Source of the DNA: Octopus sinensis
Lineage: Eukaryota
DNA: 64,000 nucleotides
Direction: 5' to 3'
Assembly: GCF_006345805.1 (NCBI RefSeq)
Contig: NW_021829832.1
Location: 895,062-959,061, forward strand
The notes under the pieces are model-generated. The model was not told where the DNA came from. It did no database searches and was given only the letters and a program-made list of their open reading frames with translations. The position numbers and the translations under genes were made by a program. Shown in pieces: positions 50,501 through 63,748 of the stretch; position 1 is the stretch's first letter, and every line of letters starts with the position of its first letter.

Positions 50501-50682
50501 ACTGTCGGGGAGCGAGTGAACTGTTCAGGTTTTTTCATAGTTCGATTTTCTTCAGAGTTTGTCATATATTTCACACAGATCGAGAAGCGTTTAAAAACAA
50601 CAACAACAACAACAACGCACGTTAAAAATAAATGCATATTAAACATTATTATTATAAATAAATGCATATTAAACATTATTAT
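47516..50682 (-). mobile_element. Near-full-length CRE-like retrotransposon: PHD finger, RT, zinc knuckle, RLE; two frameshifts and one nonsense codon
   Basis: C4HC3 finger; SGGIDGLRP; KPDGGVRPIAVG; LDITNAFNS; GVQQGDPLGP; WYLDD; KRPDG. Flanking ~23-bp direct repeat at 47492-47515 and 50683-50705. Confidence 0.9.
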
Positions 50683-50684
50683 TA
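50626..50684. repeat. 30-bp-period tandem duplication at the element 5' end, next to a (caa)n tract
   Basis: aaataaatgcatattaaacattattatta occurs twice. Confidence 0.9.
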
Positions 50685-50703
50685 AGTTAAAAAGTTAAAA
50701 TTT

Positions 50704-50742
50704 AAAATTATAAGGTTAAAATTATTTTAACCTTATAATTTT
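50704..50742. repeat. Perfect AT-rich inverted repeat (18-bp arms, 3-nt spacer)
   Basis: aaaattataaggttaaaa-tta-ttttaaccttataatttt. Confidence 0.9.
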
Positions 50743-50769
50743 TGATATAATTTATTAATTTTTTAAATT

Positions 50770-51905
50770 AACAATTAATAACAACAGTCCTGGGAATAGA
50801 CCTGTCTAGGGCCTTTGACACGGTACGCCGTGGTCTACTCCTCAAAATACTGGAACAATTCCTGGACCCTGACTCTGTCAATATGATAAGAGTACTACTA
50901 TCGAACACAAAGCTCAAGGTGCGGGTCGGCACGGCGTTTTCCCGTGAATTCACGTGCAACGTCGGTACCCCTCAGGGAGACGCCCTCTCGCCGTTGCTAT
51001 TCGTGATCTATCTGGAGACGGCACTACGAGACCTTCGAAAATTCTATGCTGGCAATATCGTCGAAATTGTATATGCAGATGACGTCGACTTCGTGTCAGA
51101 CGACAAATCGGCCTTACTTCGACTCCTTGAAGTGGCACCTGCTGAGCTGAAAGATGGTTCCTTAAAATGAACGTTGGAAAAACCGACATCGTTGAAATCA
51201 TGAGGATGGAGAGCAGCTCAAGTGAAGCCTGGCGCAAAACGAACAAACTCGGTTCTCTACTTGGGGACGGCCATGATATTGTCAGAAGAAAGGCTCTCGC
51301 TTGGGCCACGATGAACAAGATAAAGAAAGAGTGGATCGGCAAACGACGACTCTGTACGTCACTTCGTCTGAGGATGTATGAAGCCTTTGTCAAACCAATC
51401 CTGACATATAATTCGGCGACCTGGGGAATGTCTAGTACTGAACAACGTGGACTCGATTCTTTTCACCGCAGGCAACTTAGATCCCTACTGGGATTGAACT
51501 GGCCTATAAGAATCAACCAGGAATCGCTATACAATAGATGCAGAACTGGCCCTCTGAGTGTGGAAATCGTCAATATGCGGTGGAGGTTATTTGGCCATAT
51601 TCTACGAATGGACATGCTTGCCCCAGCTAACATAGCAATGGAGGGCTACTTCCTGAAAGAGGATCGAGCTTCCGTGGACGTCCACGTGTTACGCTGCCGG
51701 AAACACTTGACGGAGACCTGAAATGTGTGAAGAAAAGGCTAAGGAGTGGTGAGGATCTGGACGAGCTGAGGAAACTCGCTCACGACAGAGGAGGTTGGAG
51801 GAGGCTGGTTCAAAGGATTGTTTTTAATGCTGCACGAGTAAAATTATAACTAATATGATTCTACGTATGTTGCAAATAATAATAATAATAATAACAATTA
51901 ATAAT
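50770..51905 (+). mobile_element. 5'-truncated RTE-like retrotransposon with (AAT)n tail
   Basis: GIDLSRAFDTV, GTPQGDALSP, YADDVD and RWRLFGHILRM; frameshifts; aat repeats at 51875-51905. Confidence 0.85.
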
Positions 51906-51934
51906 ACATTTTGTAACAAAAATTTTTGGTTGAC

Positions 51935-52530
51935 ATGCCTAAGATAGCAAAATCGTATCAAATCAAAGCTAAAGCCATTGTTAAGGATTATCCGCAAGAA
52001 TTTATGATTCTTGAGGATGGTGTATTATATTGTCGTCTCTGTTTGTGTAATATTAAATGCGAAAAAAGGCATTTTGTAAATTCTCATCGATCCTCACAGA
52101 AACATCAAAATTCATTGAGTTTATTCGAAACAAAAATTTTTTTTTGTAGATTATCTGACCACATCACACCAAACAAATATTGACCAATATGCCAAAAATG
52201 ATGATTGGGCTCTACAGGTAACCAGAGCATTCATTAAATCCGACATTCAGCTAAACAAACTATCTATGCCATGGCTTAGAGAATTGTTTTACGGAGGTTC
52301 TGTGCGAGTACCCTCACCATTGAAGGCTAGAAGCTGTGTCAATCAAATCGCAATTGATCAAAAATTGATAATTCAACAAAAAATTGCGTATAAAAATTTA
52401 CTTTATTTCGTAGCGATCAAAAGGTTTTTGCTATTGCTGATGAAACACAAATTCGTGGCCAAAGATACGTTGCTGTGATGATTAGATTGTTAAATTCTCC
52501 TGAAACAACATATCTGATATCGTTTAAGAC
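51935..52530 (+). mobile_element. CGGBP1-like/hAT transposase remnant cut off at the duplication junction
   Basis: LYCRLC..HFVNSHRSSQKH zinc finger; FAIADETQ..GQRYVA acidic motif; frameshifts. Confidence 0.6.
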
Positions 52531-54564
52531 AATTCTCCTCAAGAAGCAAGAAACAGTAACCGGTTGATCGACCAGGTCTAAATCCTTATTGTTCTTCCGC
52601 AAGTATATTATTTTGTTCATTGTAAGCCTATAACGATTGAAAATGATTTTTTCCATTATCTTCGAGGTTGTGCAGATAAGGCTAATCGGCCAATAGTTTC
52701 CTGCATGCGTATTCGGTTTTTCAGGTTTTTGGACCATTCAGACGATCGTCGTTTCCAGTCAGCTGAGACATGATCATTGTCCCAACTGGCATTGCATAGT
52801 TTTATCGGAATACGAAGCAGGCATTCGAGTTCCTTCTTGAACATCTCCATAGGAATAAAGTCAAATCCAGATGCATTGTTCATAACCTCTGATTGCTCTG
52901 ATCGTCTCTTTCGTGGTTATTTCCTTGCACAAGGGTCCATTCAATACATATTTCCAGCGGGAATTCCGAGTCGACTCCTCGAATATTTCCCGAGGCAAGA
53001 TTGGCGAAAGGTACACCTCCTGAATCAATGCTAGCTGCTGACGGAAGAGCTTCGGGACTTCCTCAGTAGCAAAAAGTCTAAAAAATTTTTTTGATGTTAC
53101 TATAGTATTATAGTTCTTCACTTGTGTTCAGCAAGCATCTATATCATTTCCAGATCGATTTTGATAATTTTGATATCAATTTTGACAATTTGGGAGTCCT
53201 CAGTCCAAAAACTAAAAAATTCCTTATTGAACTGGGGGACCTGGCAAGCAGAAGGAGAAACGATCATCGAGGATAGACATGGCTTTCCAAGCGCATATCA
53301 ATAGTCATCTTGCGTGGGAATTGCCATTCCATCTTATCCTCTGTTGCTAATTAAATACGTGTCAAAATTGATCTAAAAATTCTGACAAAATACAAAAATT
53401 TGACAAAGCGATATTTACTTTTGACACTTTGGCATCAATTTTGACAATACCACATTAATTTTGACAATGCGATATTCAATTTTGATGCTTCTTTCATCAA
53501 TTTTGACATTTTTTATGTTAATTTTGACTTTTGACGATTTGTCATTTATTGTATATTTTCTGATTCGCCGTTCTTGTACGAATTTTATGTCAAGAAAAAA
53601 TTCAAGAGTATCAGAAGCTACAAGAAGAGCACTTATAAATAAGGATGAAGAGGGTTGCGATTATATACAGCTTGCTCGTGATCTTAGAAAAAGTTAAAAA
53701 ACTTTACTGCTTCAAAGAAAAAAATAAATCGAAAAAAAGATTTTACCTGCAAATCTGGGTATGGAGGAATACTTTGCTGCAAGTAGAAAAAATATTGGGG
53801 ATTCCTGCGTATTACACTATCAGAGGTGCTAGATGCGGATCTCAAATCAATCAACAGCAGGCTCAAAACCAATGAGGAGTTTAGGATGTAATAGGTAAGG
53901 ATGGATAAGGATTGTCGAGAAAATCGTTTCAAGTACGGAACATTAAATACTTTTTTGTCGACAGACAATACTTTTTTGTCGTATGTAAAATATCACAAAC
54001 GTTATATAAATTTTCTTTCTCGTTTGCTATGTCGTTTAAGCTTTTGTATGTAAAAGATCATTTTCTTGGTTGCTTTATGTAGTCGATGTATATTTGATGT
54101 ATATTTGCTAGAGAAAGTGATTTTCTTTATTAATTTTAAGACGCATAAAATGATTTTTAATTTTTACTGGTAGTTTGATAATTTATCATTTCTTTTGAAC
54201 TGACGCTACAAGGGTGTTTGTGTTCTTAGATGGCTATATCGTTAACTTTTCCCTTGATGTTATGTGGTTTAGGTGTTCTGGTGATATATTGAAAGTGAAT
54301 TCTAATCACATCAGTGAATAATTGTTTTAATATTATCATAAATTATCTCACCAACCAAGAGAGTCCTTTAAAGGGGCGACTCGAGAGATTCCTTTTGGCT
54401 TCTTCAACGCCTCTCCGTAAGACTGGGAGAGCGTCCTAAACTGCGTAGTCTTGTATGTTATTGACGTCTGTTTTTTTTCTGTAATATTTTAAAAAAATAG
54501 TAAAAATCTCCCCAGCGATGTCAGACTCAAGGCGACTCATCATTTAAATTTTAAATTATGTCAT

Positions 54565-56396
54565 AACACGGCCGACAAATAAAGTGTGATCTTTATGTTC
54601 GGGTTAACTGTCAAAATTCAAATTTAGTGATTCTGAAGTTCAGATTTTATCTCCATCCTTAGTAATAATCGAAATTGTTTTAATTCCAATGCCAACTCTC
54701 AATCTGCTCTAAATGGGACTGAATGCGTGCCCAGAATATCTTCTCTGCATTTTTGTAGGAAGTTAGTTCTCTAGACCAGAAAGGATCAATGGACAAATGA
54801 ATTTCCAGAAGGAACGTGGATTATCTATTGTCTGATTAAGCAACTCCAGATCTTTATCGGATGTTTCCGGTGTCCAAACAGTCAGTGTTTATTGAAATTA
54901 TGGATCTCTGTAGTGACTATCGGACGATCAAATCCTTGATGCACTGTCTGAATAGTTATTCATATTCTTTATCGAAGCTTTAAACCCTCTCAATTCTCAG
55001 CTCTATATTACCCGGCTCTCTGCCAGATTTTTTGACAGCTGAAATGCACCACTTTAAAATACTCGTCGATCTGTGTCGTAACTCTCGACAGTTCGGGGAA
55101 CATTGCCACCAAATATCTTTTTACGGTTACCCTTCTCTTTTCGAAATCGAGGATTGTGCTTATTTACTTAACCACAAGTTCTAATTTCCTACAAACATCA
55201 CGCTCTCCGAGTTCTAGCCACATACTTCCTTTTTCCAGATCGCTGCCAAAATCAACACATTCGTAATTTCCTAAAACATTGGCTGAAACGCATTTCTTAT
55301 AATTCGCTGGAGGATGAGCTCGACGCCACGTTCTATTCTATACTTATTCTCTACGCCAGCAATTCTGAAGATTGTCCTAAATTTTATCAACTTATGAAGC
55401 GGGCCCTCCAATTTGTCAAATTTCATCACACGGACAGTTTTTCAGACCCTTATTAACATTCTAGTGTATAATCTTAAGAGTCCCGTCTTCGCAATTGTAC
55501 CCTATCGTCTTATGGTTCAATTTTCTAAGGGGTTACGCCGATTTGAGCAGGTTCATTATCTTTTTATATTTCTAAAGAACGTGAAGACTAGTCCCAGAAT
55601 TTTATCGTCCTTGGTAAAGGTGTCGGCAATGAGGTGTGAGACGGTCAGCTCGGAGGTAGCCAGATTGTTATCATTGTTAAAACTAACTCCCCCATTTCTC
55701 TTCGAAGGAATGTCGTCGATTGGGACATCAAGGACACAAAAAAGTGGCTCTCCATAATTAGTTTGAAAAGTTTAGTTAACTGAAGGTTTTTTGCCGTTTT
55801 CGTCAATTGAGACCAGAAATGTGTCTTCTCGAATTTTGAACGAAATGCTTCTTAATGGATAGTTGTCAGATTTGCGGAACGTTCTTGTGCTAGATCTCTC
55901 CCTCCCTTTACTCAAAAATCGGTTGTGTGTCCTTAATTTTGTCCAGTTTCCGAAAAGAGTTGAATTTTCTGAGAAAATGGACTAGAAGGACTACCGAGGC
56001 GTCAGACACAATGTCCTCTGAATCGCGGAAATTTGCTCGGTTTTCTACATCCGACGAGGAACGATTGTCGAACGGGACACGCAGTGCGAAGATCGAGTAC
56101 CCGTTTAAATAGTTTCTTAAGGGTTAGGATACACCAAATAACTGTCTTTTTTTCGAAAAAGGTCTAATTAAGCCGATTGCGAGTAGTACTCCGCAACAAT
56201 TTCCCTATTTTGATGTCTTTATATCATATCGCCGTGACTACGGTTCACATATTGCTAGGTGGCCTTGCATACTGATGCTGACAGTCTTTGGAATTATATA
56301 CTCGGAGCTCGGAGGGTTCAAGTCGTTCCTGTACGTGAGGACGCTCAACTTTGAGTATGTCTAGTTTATGACTTTGAAATATACGACTGTAGCCAT
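54565..56396 (-). CDS. Duplicate of the probable unknown gene at 30320-32151
   Basis: Same sequence at offset 24245. Confidence 0.4.
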
Positions 56397-56598
56397 ATAT
56401 GCTATGTTTAAAAAAAACATTTTAGTCATTTTTAGATTTGTTGACATAATTTGTAATTTCCAATAATCGGGATCGAATATTAATGGGACGTTCCTAGACT
56501 GGGAAAATTAAAATATATAATTTAATGTAATTGGTCACTTGAAATTTAATATTTTTATATCAATAAAAGATTTTAAATAACTTAATTTTATAATTCGT

Positions 56599-57377
56599 AT
56601 GAGCTATCTTTCATCAGAAAATACAAATTCTACTGTTATTTATGAGGAGGAGGGCTTTGAGGTTTAATAGCAAAAAGTCGATTAATGAGGAAATGATTAG
56701 TCAGACAGTGGGTCATTTGAGAAAGCGATGATCACTCTCGCTCATTGTTGCAATGACCACTGTCTTTTGAACTACCAAATAACTGAGCAGAAACTCTTAA
56801 TTGAACAACTTGAGAAATTTATTAAGAAAACAAATTTTGATATTTCATATATATCTCAAGTTATGTCAGGTTGATATTTTTAGGAGATTAGGTTTATCCG
56901 ATCAGTACAGAAAGGATTAATCTTTTACAATAAGCAATTGAGTGAAAGAATTGCCCAAATCGAAGTATTTCCGTTTCAATTAAGCGATTAAGGTGTTGAC
57001 AAATGTCCCGAACAGAAAAATGAAAATAAATGATTGGCACGATTTGGGTTAGTAATACATTTTAATTAGATTCCATTGTTTCAAGCATGTTTGAGGAGTG
57101 TCGACAACTTCGAATGAAGGTTAAATTAACTGGTGATACATTAACTACTCATACTCTCAGGGGCCACGGAAGACCGTTTCAAAACGATTGAAGACGCCTT
57201 CATAAAACTGCAAACCTGCGTCTGGTCGTTACAAATACGATTAGAGGACAATCCTGTGGGGGTGGATACATTCCAGAGTGAATTGGCAAATTTGCAGTGT
57301 GAGGTTACCTCGTTAGATTATTGCAGTTCTCTATGGCAATGGAAGCACTGGTCGAGACGGTGAACACAATTGTATGA
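56599..57377 (+). CDS. Duplicate of the unknown gene at 32354-33132
   Basis: Same sequence at offset 24245. Confidence 0.6.
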
Positions 57378-57466
57378 TTTAACACATTTCTTGTGACTAA
57401 CCTATGTTATTTACTGTAGAATCAATCAGCCGTTTCTATAGTATTAGTATATATAGGCGTAGTAAA

Positions 57467-60400
57467 ATGAATTTGGCAGAGTGCATGGATACGAGGCAAG
57501 CCAGTCTTGTTACCAACTTGGAAGGATTGAGTGTGTCCAGCATTGCACACTCCTCCAAAAATATATCACTTGCCTTGGAAGATAGCGTACAGCTGATTTT
57601 CCTCTTTTAGAATTCGGCCCTCACCAAGTGGATTACTACCCATTTCACGCGCAGTCGATGTAAACGATTCGTTCCACTCGACACGTTGATACATGTGCTA
57701 ATTCTCACAGAAATCCTACTCTATGTTTCTGCAACAACTCTATGTCACAACATACCAAAGCTGCTATTAATCGAGCAGCTTCTTTTCCATGGCACCCTCA
57801 AGAGGACACGGAAGCAATTCCTACTGATGCATTCGGGGAAATTGAGTTTTCCGGATATGGCAGTCGACTAGCTAATGTACATGTCTACGTGTAACATCTA
57901 GTATATTTGCATAAGACAAAATACAGACATGGATTTGATGATCAAGCTGTTTTTAGATGTCTGGAATGTTCCAAAACCAAACCTTCTTATCTCGGTGACA
58001 GGTGGGGCCAAGAGTTTCACTATGGCCCCGAAACTGAAAGACATTTTCAGAAGTGGACTAACAAAGGCCGCGACCAGCACAGGTAAAAATTATCTTCATC
58101 TTTTAGGAGCATGGATCATAACCGGAGGAATGAACGCGGGGGTGATGAAGCACGTAGGGGAAGCGATAAAACAACACAACCTCATGTCTAACAGCAATAA
58201 GAAAGTACCCTGCATTGGAATAGCCCCGTGGGGATGTGTCGGACTCAGACACCAACTGATATCCCCTGTGGTGAGTGCCTTCTTTAATTATCAGGGAAAA
58301 TGGCCAGCCTCTTATAGAATGACCGACGTATCAAACCTTCACAAGAACGAGACACTTTTGGACGACAATCACACGCACTTTTTATTCGTCGACAATGGCA
58401 CATGCCACAAGTACAGAGTGGAGATCGAGTTCAGGGCAAAATTTGAACAACATCTTACGAACATGAAAACGTCGAAGGAAGGTGACTTTGAGCATCTAAT
58501 TCAGGGGGACTGCGAATTCCAATCATTCTGCTCGTATTAGAAGGCGGGATCGGGACGCTGGAAACGGTGGCAACTTCTATAAAGAGGAGAACTCCTGCTG
58601 TAATTGTCGAGGTAGTTTTAATAGCTTAAATGCAGGGATCGGGAAGGGCTGCTGACGTGCTGGCCAAGATATATTACAAAATGACAAGTCTCTTTTCTCA
58701 TTAATTTAAGGCGACATGGGAGTCCATTTGCACGAATTCATAAAAAATCTGATTCAAGTCGAGTTTGGATCAAAAAATATCGACGATATGGTCGAATTTG
58801 CTAAGAACTGTTTCATAAACATGGATTTGATAACAGTCATTAGTCTTAAAGAAAACGACGAGATCGACACTGCATTGTTGAAGGCGCTATTTACAGGTCT
58901 GCCCAACATAACGACCCAAAAGCGAACAAGGATCACGCGATTACTCAACTAAAGTTAGCCCTTGTTTGGGACAGAATCGAAATGGTCCGAAACGAGTTTC
59001 TTTTTTCCAAGACTGCCTTAATCGATGTACATCACAAAGTGTTCATTTTAGTTGGAAGAAGTCCTGCACTCGGCCATTCTCCTTGGGAGAACCAGGTTTG
59101 TTAAGTTCATATGCGAAAACGGAGTTGATTTGAAGCATTTCCTGACTGCGAACAGACTTGTCCGACTATATAATCAGGTGAAAGTCAAGACTTTACTGAT
59201 TAGATTCCGCCGCGTTGCCAGCTTGCAACTCTTTTGCAAAAGTCGAAAAGAACTGGTTTTCTTTGGTCAATCTTTAGTGCTACGGAGACTATGTTTCCTT
59301 GAAGGACGTTGGTCTACTCATTCAGCATATGTTGGGAGAGTTTTTTAAGCCTCTATATTTGACGGATTCCCGATACTCGCAATTAGACGCTAACTTTATA
59401 ATGCGGACATATCAGAGAAGAAGGGGTTTGGTCTTCTAATCATTTAGACGACGCTTCGTTTGAGGTTGACGATCCCTATCAAGAGTTGTTCATTTGGTCA
59501 GTTTTGATGGGACGCGTCCTTCTAGCACACTACTTTTGGCTGGAGGGGAAGGCAGGACCGAGTACTAACTCACTAGACGGGTGTCATGGCTCCTTTATTC
59601 GCGTCTTCATTGTTATGTAAACTCAGCAAACTGACTAACGACCACGAACTCGCAGCATTTTACATATCTTACAAGCAGTAAAATTCATCTAACACTACTA
59701 CAGTACGTATATCGAGTTAGCTTTGGGAATCATCAATGAGTGTTGGAAGTGCGACGAACAGAGAGCCCATCAAGTCATTTTGAGGGAACTTCCACACTTT
59801 GGAGAATGCAGTCCGTTAACAATCGCATTCCGAACCAACAACAAGGACTTTGTAGCGCACTCCTGCACTCAGTCGTTACTGACCAAAATATGGATGGGCA
59901 CCATATCGGAAGACACATCCATATCTCAAGTTATAATGCAATTTTTAGTCTTAGCTTATCCTGTGTAATTTTTTGCCCATCGTGATCCCATTTTTCATTA
60001 AATTTGACCACCCCGAAACATTAAAAGTTGTGAAAATTCATTAATTTCCCAGAATACAAAGAGCATCGACATGGTGAAAGACAAGCCACCACTATTAAAT
60101 AAAGTGACTCGATCAGTCGAGAAAATCAAGAAATTCTACTCGGCTCCGGTGATCATTTTCATGTCAAATTGCGTATTTCTAAAATTTTCATCGAAGTTCA
60201 ACTACTTCTTGTTTCTGCTGCTTTACAGTTATGTGCTGCTCGTGGAGTATTCTAACGTGTTTTCCATCATCGACCTGATTCTCTCGATTTTCGTGGCGAG
60301 TCTCTTTGTTGAAGAGTCCCGCCAGGTGCTGCCCTAACTAATTCGCAGTTTTTGTCAGGAAAGAATATTGGCCTCAAAACTAAGCTAAAAGATTATTTCA

Positions 60401-61539
60401 CGGACTTTTGGAATATATTAGACTTTTCGAGTGCAATCATCTTCGCGGTGGGACAGTCAATTCGGTTTTCGTCTTACTGCTCCTTCAACAACCCGACGTG
60501 CTTCGATATTGCCAAGACAATTCATTCAATTTCGCTTATTATATTCTTTATTCGGCTCCTGCACATATTCTCTGTAAATAAACACTTGGGCCCAAAGGTG
60601 ATCATGATCGGAAAAATGGTGAATTTTTGGCCTGATTATTTGAGGTGGTGGATCTCATTATTTTCGCGGCCATCCTCATGGTCTTTATGGTTTCGTTCGC
60701 CATCATTCAACACGCAATTCTCTACCCCAATTCGGAACTGACCTTGAAACTGCCTTTCTCAGTCTTCTCAATGGCCTATTGGCAGATTTTCGGGGAACTC
60801 TTCCTTTCAAAGATCCAGGGTACCAAATGCCGGATCAACTCTTCCCTAGCAACAGAGGTGTCAGGGACCTGCAGTTTTAATAGCAGTCTTTATAACACGG
60901 GACAGATCTACCGGTGTCCATCAACAAGCGGGGTTTATGTTATTCCCATTCTTCTTGGATTCTACCTAATATTCACAAATGCACTGATGCTCAATCTACT
61001 CATTGCCATGTTTAGGTAACAATGATTGACTACATTAAGCTACACTTTTACGAAGATACAGGAATCCACCGACAAGCATTGGTATTTTCAGAGATATCAA
61101 CTTATCTACGAGTACTACAACCGCTCCAACCTGGCTCCTCCCTTCATTCTCCTCTCGCACTCGACCGCACTCATTCAGTTCATCATTGAGTACTTGATCA
61201 AAAAGAGAGGAAAAAAATCAGACGGTTGGTTCTGCAGCTAATTGTCAAGAATCGGGAGACGAACTTGCCAAGCAGCTTGCCTTGTGGGAAAACATGAGAG
61301 CAGACGATTTTCTGAGGACGTGCCCACTTGACTCGGAAAAAAACTTGCCTACGAAGATGACCGAACTCCAAGAAAAGTGAAATTGTGCTGATTTATTCAA
61401 GTCTCAATGAAATAAAATTAGACATTGAGTCATCTCAACTCGATCAAAAGGCATGTTTTACGAGTATTTTAAAGTATTTTAATCGCAGGTTGACCTGATC
61501 ATGAATAGAGTGAGCGCTCTAATCGACAGCATCGAGTAA
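57467..61539 (+). CDS. TRPM: TRPM channel, duplicate copy
   Basis: ORF translations identical to 33222-37294. Confidence 0.9.
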
Positions 61540-61664
61540 TTAGCCTTGTTAGATAACTAACGAATTGTTGGTTGAAACACGTTTTATCCACTATTTCACA
61601 TAAGAATAATTTAAAATTGATCACTTAGTAAATATTATTTCTCTTTCGACAAATTAAGCAAGAA

Positions 61665-62278
61665 ATCAGGGAAGGTAAAGGATCCCCAGCCGAACGGATT
61701 GCTTGCGCGTTCCCGCGCACGATTGCGAGCGAGATCCTCTGCCTCAACCAAGAGGACTCGCGAGCATCCATCTTCTTCCGAGCAATGAGGATTCCGAGGT
61801 CTTTTAAGAAGCATGAGGTCAGCGGACCGGAAGCGCCTGATGTCTCAAAAGCCACAGGCGCGAAGGAATGGCGAGTGGCAAGAATCTTGTACTTTTCTAC
61901 TTTGCGGGCTTCCGCCAGGGCCGCGGCCGAGCCGGAAGAAGAAGCAGATGACATTAGAGCAGATGGGGACCACGTGTCTGCGCACGTGGCGTCCCAGATC
62001 AGGCAATTGCCATTCCGGAATGGGAAGGTGGTCATCCCGTCCGGGCGTTTGCCGTCCCCTCTGTCCAATCCGGCTGGTTCAAGCACGTTGGGGAAGCTAG
62101 CAGCGTTGAGAGCTCTTGAGATTACGTCGTTGATTGCTCCATGGCGAGGCGAGCGGCCTGCGCTCCGGCGGCAGGAGAGGGGTGAAGGCCTTTCACGCCC
62201 ACCGTACCTCCGCATCGACAGGGATGAGGGGCGCAGACATCGAGCCCCAGCCGAAGAGCGACCCCGATACGCAGTGTT
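61665..62278 (-). mobile_element. CRE-like 3' fragment, duplicate
   Basis: Same as 37420-38033. Confidence 0.85.
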
Positions 62279-63082
62279 TTGATGATTAAATTATTTAAAT
62301 CCGCATTGTACCTATAACCACCTTTATGATTATGTAAAAAAAATTTTTATTGCATTTAATTCAACACTAAAAAGTCAAATGTAGCTAACCTAACAGTACC
62401 AGGGTTGACATCGGCAGACAATCTTAAGCTCTTAAGGGAACTATCGAGGAAAAGAGGAACTGGAAACGATCAACAAACCGTATCCAGGAGACGGTAGCCC
62501 AAACGAGATAACTTTATTAAAATTTTTTTGTGGTGTGCTTATTAATAATAAATAATAATAATGCAATCGTTAAGGAGAGTATATATGAGAACAACATGGA
62601 TAATCAACACAAATTCTTTATTCGCCATCTTTATAAGCAATTATCATGAAGACTGTTTTTAGAATTCCAAACATGACCGAATAAAATAGGCAATGATTGG
62701 ATACCTCTTGTAATGCTTATCCCTAAAATGAATATATGTACTAGACTAATCTCAAATTGGAAATTACTTTAATTGCATTCAATAAATAGTTATATTAATT
62801 ATACAGACAAAAAAACAGTCTTGGGATTGTGCTCCTCTCAATTGCTCTTAAATTAAAATCGACTATTACTAAATGAAGAAATGAAAAACCAATAACAATT
62901 AGAAAACTAGCAAAATCCAAACAAAGATGACAGGATGGAACAAATTTCTTATATCAACCCTCACAGCACGAGTCAATCGATTAGCATAAACAAAAGATAA
63001 GAAATCATTAATATTAAATTTTCAAGCATTAGATGATGTGCACATAAAAAGAGACTATATTTTGAAGATCAATTGGTGTTGT

Positions 63083-63748
63083 CTAATACGATTTCTCCTC
63101 CTGAAAGTCCTCATATGATTCTAGACTCCCCCAAAAACGCTTCTTTGGAAAAATTGGGGACTTTAAAGAAAAGTCAGACATAGATCCGTTTGAATGGGGA
63201 CTTTCTGGACTGGAAAAAACGGAATTTGTAACATCAACTAGTCCTTTCCTTCTGACCCGAGGATTATTACTCAGGGATGTAGACTTGAATTTTTTTCTAA
63301 AATTTTTGTCAATCACCAGATTTTTGGTGGATAGACTTTGGCCCACATTTGGAGACTCATGCTCTTGGAAATTATGCAAATGGAGAAATCCTGGGTGAGC
63401 TGGATCGTATTTAGTGTACGCTGATAAATTGGAGGTGGAAGAATTTTCGAACACCGCATTCCATCCAAGAGTAGAATTAATTTTCAACTCAGGGGGGTCG
63501 TCTTTCTCGAAAAAACCAATTTTGTGCATTATCCTCAATCGTTCTGTTTTTATATCACAGGGGCTCTCCCATAACGCATACTTCCGGTACTTCCAGCCAT
63601 GAATCTTGTCAAAGCGATCGGAGGGGAAGTTGGGTGTTAGCGGGGAATCAATTTTTATTTGATCAAAAGAAAGATTGAATCGATCACACATCGACAGTTT
63701 ATAATTGACGACGATTGTGCTTTTAACGGCGAGACGCCAAATAATCAA
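63083..63748 (-). CDS. Hypothetical protein, duplicate of 38838-39503
   Basis: Identical translation. Confidence 0.55.
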   Translation of the reverse strand: MIIWRLAVKSTIVVNYKLSMCDRFNLSFDQIKIDSPLTPNFPSDRFDKIHGWKYRKYALWESPCDIKTERLRIMHKIGFFEKDDPPELKINSTLGWNAVFENSSTSNLSAYTKYDPAHPGFLHLHNFQEHESPNVGQSLSTKNLVIDKNFRKKFKSTSLSNNPRVRRKGLVDVTNSVFSSPESPHSNGSMSDFSLKSPIFPKKRFWGSLESYEDFQEEKSY

